Assembly (NCBI GenBank): GCA_951406725.2
Contig: OX597814.1
Span: forward strand, 78,430,001-78,494,000
DNA from: Octopus vulgaris
Taxonomy: Eukaryota
Reading direction: 5' to 3'
DNA: 64,000 nucleotides
Notes under the pieces: generated by a model
Databases searched by the model: none
Told to the model about the DNA's origin: nothing
The model's input: the letters and a program-made list of their open reading frames with translations, nothing else
Shown: positions 53,021 through 64,000 of the stretch, one piece after another
How the letters are laid out: every line of letters begins with the position of its first letter
Numbering within the stretch: the stretch's first letter is position 1
Translations under genes and position numbers: made by a program

Positions 53021-56000
53021 TCCACAAACACTTGACCACTGGTGTTGGTTTGTTTATGTCCCTATAATTAATAGTTTGATAGATGAGATTAATAGAATAA
53101 GTACTGGGGTTGATTTACTTCAAGGCATTGTTTCAGCATGGTTACTTCAAGGCATTGTTTCAGCATGGCTAAAGTCCAATGACTCAAACAAGTAAAAGAG
53201 TCATAATATACTCTAATATTATCTTCTATATAATATTGAAAATATTATTGTAAATTCATGCATCATCATTGTTTTAACACCACCCATTCTTCTATCTTTG
53301 CATGAACCAGAATTAATTGAGGCAGGTTTTCTGTGGCGACGTGCACTTCCTGTTGCTAACCCTCACCTATTTCAAAGCCAAGTAATATTCAAATAATATT
53401 TTCCAGAGATCAGACACATTTTCACAAAAGTTTGCAAATGGTGATGTTTATCTACAACTGTTGCATGCTGTTAAGACAAAGACACACACACACATGCATA
53501 CACAATGGGCTTCTATACAGTTTCCATCCACCAAATTTATTCACAAAATATTGTGGTCAGCTTGGAGCTATAATGGAAAATACCTGCCCAAAGGTACTGC
53601 AGTGAAACTGAATCTCAACTCACATGGTTGCAAAGCTTGTTTCTTATCTACACAGCCATGCCAGCAGCTATAATGGCACTGTTTTTTCCCAGGTACATTG
53701 TTTTATAACATTAAGTCTTGCTATTTCAGAGAGAACACACATATAAAAGATCAAAGGTTGAAAAGAGAGTACAAAACAAGTTTTTTTAATTGGTATGTGT
53801 TATCACTAGTTTACTCTTAATTTTTAGGTTGCTGGAAAGGAAGAGGTCATATGAAAACAAACCAGTTTGTTTTCTTTTACCACTTTGGTAAATTATTGAA
53901 AACAATTCCTACATCTTGTCAACTGGTTTAACAACAAATTCAAAATGCCTTCTCATTTAACATTACACAGGATTTGCAATCATTAATCACCCTTACATCC
54001 TTCATTTCTGCTTAAGCAGATCCTTTGGCACCAGTAACTAACTAAAAAAGAAAACTTGGAGACAATGTGGAAACTTCCATTTAATCACTAGACCAGCTAA
54101 ATGGAAGAGTTGGATCTTCTTAAATAAATTCATCACTATCTTAAGAATGATGACCAAGTGCCTCATCATCATTATCACCATTTACCACCCATGTTCCATA
54201 CTGGCATGGGTTAGACTGTTTGACTGGAATTGGTAAGCTAGAGAGCTACACCAGGCTCCAGTTTGTTCTGGCTTGGTTTCTACAGCTGGATGACCTTAAT
54301 GCCAACCATTCCACAGAGTATACAGGGTGCCTTTTTAACATGTCACTGGCATGGGTGCATTTCATATATTAAAATTCTAAGAGGAGCCAACAAAGGAACC
54401 CTCAATGCAGTCACCTAACTACCTAGAAATAGTAGCCATATCTCCCTGGAATCACACACTAAATTCTTAAGAAAGGTCAGGTATAGTGAACAATGTAGTC
54501 AGAGATGTACGAGAAAAATTATAAAACAGGCTGGTCTGCTGGAATGTCTGCTCAGTCAGAGCAGATATGAAGTTCTACATTGCGTTGTTGACACTTCATC
54601 CTCATCTGACTCAGTCTACTTAGCTGTATATAAGTACTTGCTGTTCTAACTAGTAATAGTACTTGAAATGACTTTGTTTTTCCTTCATTTGCAATGCTCA
54701 ATACAACTTTTGAAGGGTTGGCCAAGAGGAAGATGAATTCCATCATAGTGACAGGTCCAAGGTACACTTTATAAAGGCAAGGCCTTCGAAAAAAAGCTTC
54801 TCTGATTCAATCAGATGTGGAATACATCACCACAAGTATGAGTGATTAGACATGGGCAACAGACATTTGAAGAGAAAATAAAACTAAGTCAAAATGTTCA
54901 CAATGCAATAAATCTCCCAAGTCTTTGTGATCTGACAGCAACTTCTTTGATGACATTGGCCTTACTTTTCCTTTAACAGTGCTGGCATGAATAAGCTAGA
55001 GTTGCTACTGCTTAACTGTTGGTTTTCCATAAAAACACCTTGCTTAGGCACAAATAATGGAGAGGAACTTTCTAGATGAGGATCTATAGTTTCATAAGAC
55101 ACAATGAGGCCATAAATGAACCAAGATCATTTATGATTGCACAACCTGTTAGAAACAGCAGTGAAATATTCTTTTTGTATTACACCCTACTAACTTAAAG
55201 GCTGTGAGAAAAACCACAGTAGACTAGGTAATATAATCCTTCATATTCTCAAAAAGACAATAATTATAGCTGGACTGCATTTGATTATAAGGTCTGACAG
55301 ATTAGTATTGACCTACTGATAAACAATAATAACAAAATTAAATGACTAATAGCCATGATTTATATGAGTTAATGACCTCATGAGCATCAATGATTTCCAG
55401 CTTATTCACTTTACTGTTCCTCTACTTCCTCCACACACACAATCAATAGAGAGTCAAAACAAAAGAATCATTGTAGATTCAACAATCTGGAATGTGTTAA
55501 TGTGAGAGGAGGTTATGTGTGTGCAGCACTGTTCTTTGTTTATGTTATTTATTTTGAAACTTCAAAATATAGGCATTTGTATTAAAATTACATTAAATCG
55601 TCTTTTCTAGTTCTATTCCATCAATGAATATAAATTTTTATGCAAGAATAGCTTGAGGGATGATATATTTGTTGCTTAAGTATTAGTATAGTTTTCATCA
55701 ATTAACCCTTTTATTACTATAATTCTGATGAAACACATTGCTTTTGTTTCAATTTATTTTGAAATTAATGAAAAATTTAGTAAAATATCTGTCATTATTC
55801 AGTTGGTAATTGAAATGTAAATTAATATGAATTTAGATCACTTTAACACTTTAGTATTTAAACCAGCTATATCCATCCCAAATATTCTACCTGTTTTGTT
55901 TGAACTAGCCAGATTCAGCCTCTCACACCTATCCTACAATGGTGTTCTGAAAAAGAAAAGATCTCATCACTGAAATCTAAAAGTCACAAGAAAATGTATG

Positions 56001-58211
56001 ATTAGCTGCATGGGTACTTTAACGTGGTACTGCATAGGTGTTTCTACATGACATCACATGGGCCCTTTTACGTGACACCGCACAGGGCCTCTTATGTGAT
56101 ACTGCACAGGTTATGTAAAAGCGCTTGTGCAGCATCAAGTAAAAGAGCCCATGTGGTTCCACATAAAAGTGCCTGTGTGATGCCACGTAAAAGTGTCTGT
56201 GTGGTGTCATGCAAAAGCACCCAGCGCACTCTTTAAAGTAGTTGGCATTAGGAAGAGCATCAAGTCATAGAAAACATGCCAAATCAAATTGGAGTCTGGT
56301 GTAGCCCCACTCAGCTTGCCAGCCCAGGTCACACTGTCTTACCCATGCCAGCATGGGCAACAGACATTTGATGATGATGATGATAATGATGATAATGTCA
56401 ATAAATAAGCATTACATTTGATAGAGTAAGTCTGAATGCTAAAGGAGTAAACCACTCATAGAACAAGGGGCAGGCATTGGTTGGTTAGTATCAAAGAGCT
56501 AAGTGAAATATGTGAAAATGTTTAGAATAATGAAAACATTTGTACATATCAAATGTAAAATGAGAAATGATTTCAGAATTCTTTAAGAAAGATTAATTAT
56601 ATAGCTGCAGAAACCTATCAATAATAAATCAATAAAATAAAAATGTACGTGATATATTAACCCAAAGCATTTTTATATTTCCTATATAGAAATAAATCTT
56701 TATACACACACACATTTTTTAATCAAGTAGTTAAAATAGAGGGGCAATGTTCCTGGCCTTTTACAGGGCCTCCAAGATGGGGAGAAGAGAGGAAGGAAGG
56801 CATCCTCAAAATAGAAGCCTAGCCCAAATATTTACAAAAGAGTTATCTCCACTAAAGACACACAAGGGTGCTGGTGTTACACTAAACAGCAGATTAAGTT
56901 AAACAGTCAAGTAGGCCACAGCTGGATTTGAACTCAGAACACTTATTGCAAGTAACTAGCCTGATACTTTAATGATTCTGTCAGTCTACTGCCCTAGAGT
57001 ATTAATGTTTTTAAACCTTGAAAAGGTGAAAAACAAAGTTGACCACAATGAGATTTTAACTCAGAAATCAAGAAGCCAGAATAGATGCTGCAAAATATGC
57101 ATACACATAACTATGAAAATTTAAATTTTTAGACAGACGTACCACGTAGAAACACTAACAGCAATAAGTGAGCTGATAGGAAATTTTTAATAAAAAATAT
57201 GTAGGCATAGGCATAGATGTACAGTAAGTTTGGTTCTTAACCACAAAATTTGGGGTTTAATACAACCGTGTGACACATTGGGCAAGTGTTTTCTACTATA
57301 GCCCCAGGCCAACCAAAGCCTCGAATGAATTTGGTAGAAGAAAACTGAAAAAAGCCTCTCATGTGTGTGTGTGCGCGCACGCATGTGTGTGTTACTATAT
57401 CTGCATGATTGCTGTAAACAATGAAGGTCACCATCATGCAAGTGATGTCCGTCGTTCCCAACATGTCTGATTATGGGAAAATATTACCTTACTTCGGAAA
57501 AAGTAAGGGTTGGCAACAGGAATGGCATCTGACCATAGACAATCTGCCTCAACAAAATTCCATCTGACCCACAGAAAGCATGAAAAAGTGGGTGTACGAC
57601 TGATGAGGATGATGATGTACAAGTTACACAGCAAAGAAAGCTAGTAACCATGACCTTTTCTCTGTATGTATGTCGCCCGCCCATCAGACTAGTGAAACTG
57701 ATGCTATTAAATGTTCATTTGGAACATTAATTTGTAGGGCAATGTTTGCAAGAAAAGAGAACAGTAAAAAATGTGAGAAGGATGCAATCCTGGACAAAAT
57801 GTTTAATGTCAAGTATGAGCGCAAGACTTGTCTCTAATGATGTTCAACTATGGTTAAGTTTCTATGAAAATTCCACACCATAATACATACAAAATTAAAA
57901 ACAATCACAAGGACAATGAAAAAAGCCCAATACTATACAAACTATAAAACTAACACAAAAAGATTACAATAGATTCACCAAAAAGTATTCTAATTCAGCC
58001 GGATTATTAAAATTCCTGACATACCATGGCACAAGTTCCAAGTCACCAAAATTGGGGCCTACTATATATAGTAACCAACATTCACTTCATCACAAAACAG
58101 CCAATGAGAGAGCCTCCACATAGTCACTGGATTTATTAGAAATAGCAGCCAAGTATCCCTGAAATCATATCCTACTGCAATGGATTGCAAACAGTGTACT
58201 GCAGGATGTTG

Positions 58212-58590
58212 GTATGGCTGTGTGGCTAAGAAGCTTACTTTGCAACTATATGGTTTCAAGTTCAGTCCCACTGTGCAGCACCTTGAGCAAGTGTCTTCTA
58301 CAATAACCCTGGGCTGACCAACATGTTGTGAGTGAATTTGGTAGATGGAAACTGTGTAGAAACTTCTTGTGTGTGTGTGTGTGTGTGTGTATACACTTAT
58401 GTGTATGTGCATTGTGTTTGTCTCTCACCACGACAATTAGTATTGGTTTGTTTACATCCCCATAACTTAGCTTCGCAAAAGAGACCAATAGAATAAATAC
58501 CAGACTTGAAGATAAGTACTGGGGTCAATTTGTTCAACTACATCCCAGCATGACTGCAGTTCAGTGATTGAAACAAATAAAAGATAAAAG
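58212..58590 (+). mobile_element. SINE family A copy (further partial copies at ~6060, 11500, 15450, 18700, 22980, 37835, 52635, 52837, 53505, 57205, 62050, 63085)
   Basis: Same head, core and tail motifs. Confidence 0.8.
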
Positions 58591-59906
58591 GCAGGTATGT
58601 GATTAATTAAACAAGGTAAACAATAGTTAACAATATAGTTTCCCTAATTTTTAACTTTGAAACAGAGTTTGTGGTAAACGTTCCAGGAAAAGCGTACCAG
58701 TAATTTTTTGTTTAATCTTCACAATGCCATAAAATTAAAGAGACTGAGACTCACCACCCTATTCTCTTAAATAAGACAAGAACACATTAGATAATGTAGT
58801 CTTAGACACCTCTATAAAGACAAGCTAATGACACCTTGAATACCTTTGATCAGAGGTTTGTCCAGTCAGGGATGGCTCGGAACTAAGAAACAATAAGAAA
58901 TTATACATAAAGTGCAAGTGAATCTGTGAAGGCACATGGCTCAGTAGTTAGAGTATTGGGCTGATAATCATGAGGTCATAAGTTTGATTCCTGGACCAGG
59001 CTGTGTGTTGTGTTCTTGAGCAAGATACTTTATTTCATGTTGCTCCATTTCACTGAACTGTAGAAATGAGTTGCGACATCACTGGTGTCAAGCTGTATTG
59101 GCCCTTGTCTTTCCCTTGGATAACATTGGTGGCATGGAGAGGGAAGGTTGGTATGCATGGGCGACTGCTCGTCTTCCATAAACAACCTTGCCAATACTTG
59201 TGCCTCAGAGAGTAACTTTCTAGATGCAATCCCATGGTCGTTCATGACCAAAGGGGGTCTTTACAAGTGAGAGCACTGGAGGAGCAGAAACAGTTGAGTA
59301 TTGAACTGAACATAATGTAATGTTTGATTTTACCCTTCTACATTTTTTGTTCAAATACAGTCAAGGTCAGCTTTGTGTCTCAACCCACCACAACTGATCA
59401 AAGATCCTTAAGGTCATATAAAAATTTAGGTCAACTGATTGTGTTTCTATACACACAGCTTGTCCAACACTCAACTATGTATAACAAGAATATTCAAGTT
59501 AAAAGTGTTTAAGCTTGATTTAATAAAATGCCAAATACAAAAAACAAAACACTCGCACAAATGTTTCCTTTCTAAGTTAAGAAACAGACTAAATATAAAT
59601 AGAAACCATGTGATAAGTGATGTAAAACAGTCCACCATACAAAAAAACTCATCAAAACTATTCCAGCTATCTTGGTGTTAAGCATCTGGAAGATATTTCT
59701 TCTCTTTGTTTTGTTTGCAAATGAATTTGAGCTCAGCAATGTAAGCCAACAAAGCATTCAATTATAAAGTGAGCTTAGAGTAATGGAGGTGGCTTAATGT
59801 GTCAGATGTGCAGATCAAATGCATTTAAGTAATTAGTTTTGTTCTTTTAAATTCTGAGTTCAACTAACATTAGACCTAACATTTCCTTCTTACTGGAATG
59901 TATAAT

Positions 59907-60135
59907 TTAAACTCTTTAGCATTCAGATTATTTTGTCAAATATAATGCTTATTTATTCATACTATTTTGATTTAATCATACATTATCTCATAGATTCAAG
60001 ATTTTGATGATGTGATGGTTTATTTTTAGAAGGACGTTGTAGGGTAGGTGTGAGTGGCCATATCTGGCCAGTTTAAACATAAAACAGGTAGAATATTTGG
60101 GTCACATATGGCTAGTTTAAATGCTAAATGGTTAA
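59907..60135. mobile_element. piggyBac-type MITE family A (copies also at ~1890-2105, 18240-18430, 24120-24545, 26309-26528, 31620-31850, 55843-56450)
   Basis: TTAA..CTTTAGCATT / AATGCTAAA.GG-TTAA termini and a shared ~225-bp body. Confidence 0.7.
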
Positions 60136-61960
60136 GAATAAGTTAGGGGAGATTTTATTTGCACACAAGTCCAGGCTCACTCAAGTCAAGTTAAGTCCAG
60201 CCACACTATACCAGACCACCATCAAATTATGTATTGTTTCCAAGCAATTAAGGTGTTTCCTGTCTGCCAAGTTAATATGTTAAAGCAAATCTTTTTATTG
60301 TATTCCAAAAGAGATAACTGAAGTCAGAACATACTAAATTGACAGAGTATCACTTCAGTAGAATAATAGTCAATGAAGTGAATAATGTGTAACGACTGTG
60401 TTGATGGCCAAGTTTCACTGGTTCAGTTAACGTTATAAATAGGTACCATGAAATAGATACAGATCACTATTGTAAAAAGCAGTATACTGTCTAACAGATC
60501 TTTAGCTATTTGCAGTGCAGAGTTGATTCGTGTCTGAAGAACTCCCATTGCAACTTGTCCTTTATTCAATAAGCAATAGAGAAAGGAGATTCAACAGAAA
60601 TTAATCACATAATCAAACAGGTATGCACTTGTTTGTAAATGCAGAAAGTTTGTAGAAGAGTTGATACAGTATTAGACTACCTTTTCACAGGCATAAGATA
60701 AATCTAGTTGAGTCATGCCTTTGTGTGTTAAGCCAGTGCATACAATAAATACAAACATTAACAGTTTCAGCTGATAAGAATCAATGCAAAGGGAATATTT
60801 AACATCCAATCCCACAACTGCTCCCTAAATGCATATATAAACCATAGTTAAACATCAACACTTAAGAGCAGTACTGAATCAGTTTAGATATCTAATTAGC
60901 CTGGCTATACAAGTACTGATGAGCAGTGAGCACTATAGTATTAGCAGTACATTCCTATCAAATATGGTTTGTAACCTTTGATCAATTCTAAATTGCAGTT
61001 AACTATACCTACTCTGATAATGATCTTTAGGAAGATATGAACCTCATAACTTATCCCCACCACACACACAATTCCAGATATCAATACAGCTAAACCCTAG
61101 TTGACACTTACTTTTAATTAAGTTCAAGCAAGTGAGTCTCTTGAACAAGTGCACTAGTAGAAACATCTCCCAGTAGACATATAGTGTCTTCTTTGACGTA
61201 CTACGGGCTGGACTAAATGTAGTGCAATGAATCGAGTTTTTTAGCTAGCTTCAGGCAGTTACATAATATGCTGAAAGTAGAGCTAACAGTAAAACACTGT
61301 AACAGGTGTGAATCTGACAGAAACAGATATAGGACATGAAATATATCATGGAGCAAGGTAATCTGGTTCTACAACATATATATTGAGACAATGAATTCAC
61401 TTAACTTTTCCCAAATCAAAACTAAAAATGCTTTAAACATTGATATTATTATTACCATTTTTACATTTGATTTTTTTTTTAAGGCATGAATTGATTAAGA
61501 CTTTTTGATACAGTATTCAATGGCTAAATGTTCTAACACTTACACTTTGTTGTTTTCAATAAGGTGATTTATCCCATGTTTCAAACCATTGAGCTATTGG
61601 ACGTTTTATTTATGTAAATATGTAAGACATAAACAATAGCAGTTTCAGATTCTGGCACAAGACCAGCAATTTCAGGGATGGGCTAAGCTGATTACATTAA
61701 ACTCAATACTCAACTGGTACTTATGCTATCAACCCTGAAAGGATGAAAGGCAAAGTCGACCTCAACAGAATCTGAACTCAGAAGATAAAGACAAATGAAA
61801 TGCCACTAAGCATTTTTCCCAGTAAGGACTCTGCCAGCTTCCCACCTTTAAGACATAAACAATGTCACTACTGCCTAAGTGGTTTCAATAAAAAGACCAT
61901 CCACACACACACACATGTATATGTGAGTATAGAGAGAGAGCAAGTTGGATAGATGGATGG

Positions 61961-62032
<72 letters not shown>

Positions 62033-64000
62033 GTGTATATACACACATACATAAGCTTCCATTTGGTTTCTATTCATCAAATTTTACACACAAGGTATAA
62101 GTCAACCCAAGGTTATAGTAGAAGATACTTGCCCAAAGTGCCATACGGTGGAATCAAACCCAAAACTATGTGCCTATGAAGTGAACTTCTTAACTACATA
62201 GCTATGCCTGCAGCTATTACATGTTTAAAACAAATTTTATTTTAAATATATAAATATATTATATACCAAACTAATATAATTAACTGCATTTGTATTCTAG
62301 CCTTTAAAAATAACACCTTCTTGCAAGAAAGAGAATCTGTATGGTACTGCAAGAAATAACAGCTAGATCTCCCTCAAATATTGTAATGTTATATATACAA
62401 CATTGAAACACCTTGATATTCAACCAGTGATTCCAATCAGATCTTAAAGAAGGTTCTCTTTGTGGAAATTAGACAACTAGATAGAAATGACATATTGAAC
62501 TGTAACAAATCTTCTATGGTTTAATTTTTCCACACCATATCACTATATATCCCTATATAAATGTGTGCATGAATGCAATCAAACAAACAAGAAGATAAAC
62601 ATTTGGAATATTTTCATAAACTTTTGGTTTCAAAATTTGGCACAAGGCTAGCATATTTGGGGAAGGGACTAAGTCAATTACAACAAAACAAGTACTCAAC
62701 AGGTACTTATTTTATCAACCCTGAAAGGTAAAGTCAATATAAGCAGACAGATGAAATACAGTTAAGCATTTTGTCTGGCATGTTAATGATTCTGTCAGCT
62801 CTCTACCTTGTTCAATTAATATATTAAATTTGTTTTGCCTGAAGTCAACCATGCTAGAACAGGCCTATGACCAAAAGGCAATCTGGTCATGAACATTCCA
62901 TCTTCGTTTCTGGCAAGACATAATTCAGGTACAGTGTATGCTACATCATCGAATATGTCCAACCTTTTCTGAGATGTTGGTTTAATTTCAGGGAGATTTA
63001 AAAAGTATTTCTAATCAGTTTGTTGTTAGACTTGTAATATGAAATGTATTTAAATCCAATAACAATTAGGATTTTAATCAATAGCCTCAAGCCGATCAAA
63101 GCCTTGTGAGTGGATGTGATAGTTGGAAACAGAAGCCCATCGTATAATATATATGTGCGTGTGTGTGTGTGTGTGTATGTGCTTGTGTGTTTGTACCCCC
63201 AACATCGCTTGACAACCATGGGTTTACGTCCCCGTAACTTAGCAGTTCAGCGAAAGAGACCGATAGAATAAGTACTAGGCTTACAAAGAATAAGTTCTGG
63301 CATCAATTTTCTCAACTAAAGGTGGTGCTCCAATATGGCCACAGTCAAAAGACTGAAATAAGTAAAAGAATATATGGACATATTCTTTCTTTTATCTAAT
63401 AGTAGTTATCTGGAAGCATATAGATCATGTGAACTCGCATCACATATTTTAGTTTTGTAAATTCATTGGAGTTTCACAGGTTTTTTTTTCTTGTAAAGAT
63501 ATATACAAACACACACTTTGTATGAAAATCTGAATTTCTATGATGGGTTGATTAACACAACCGGTCAGCAGTTGCTGTGAAAACGTTGGACCAGGGGATT
63601 AGTTTAGGCATTATGTCACTTAATCAGGTATGCTGTGAAACCAGCAAGAATTATCTTAAAGTTGGAAAAGTGTTTATTATTAATGTGGTGCTCTTGTGAG
63701 GATGGAGTGTGTGGCATGTGTAGCATGTCGTATGTATAATTTTTTCCAGTGTTGTAGGTATGTATAGCTGTGTTCATTGGTTTGTTTTCTTTCTGTAAAG
63801 GATAAAGTCATGGGAGGGGTATGTTAGCATGCCATGTGTAATGTGTGTGTGTGTGTGTGGGGTCTACAACCCTAGCCAAGCATGTCTGGACTTTGAAAGA
63901 AAATGCCACGGAGTACAGCATAAAGTAGAAGATCCTAGAAAGATGCAAAGCATACTTCAATTATAGCAGGAAGTGCAGATTATGCCTGGCTGAGAAGAGA

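Noticed and set aside
53116-53170. Short exact tandem duplication (also 44780-44830)
   Set aside because: Local slippage inside SINE copies, with no further significance evident.

Overview
AT-rich, repeat-dense eukaryotic DNA, most likely an Octopus (cephalopod) genome, inferred from the tRNA-derived SINE families and (TA)n/(CA)n microsatellites. Almost none of the supplied ORFs are genes. One real gene crosses the window on the minus strand: four spliced coding exons (43165-43292, 23537-23636, 15218-15307, 13884-14005) join in frame to give the N-terminal membrane hairpin and the start of the PXA domain of sorting nexin 13 (SNX13). Downstream exons lie beyond position 1, and there is a candidate uORF-bearing 5' exon at 46847-46996. 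The introns hold SINEs, decayed RTE/R4 LINEs, mariner/piggyBac/hAT MITEs, Helitron-like elements and a tRNA-Thr pseudogene. The most striking unannotated signal is a set of apparently unrelated non-coding repeats that each carry a type I hammerhead-ribozyme motif, intact or decayed. Several are arranged as inverted plus partial-tandem repeats, the architecture of Penelope-like pLTRs and non-LTR retrozymes. All structures were read by eye, and no alignment or folding was computed.
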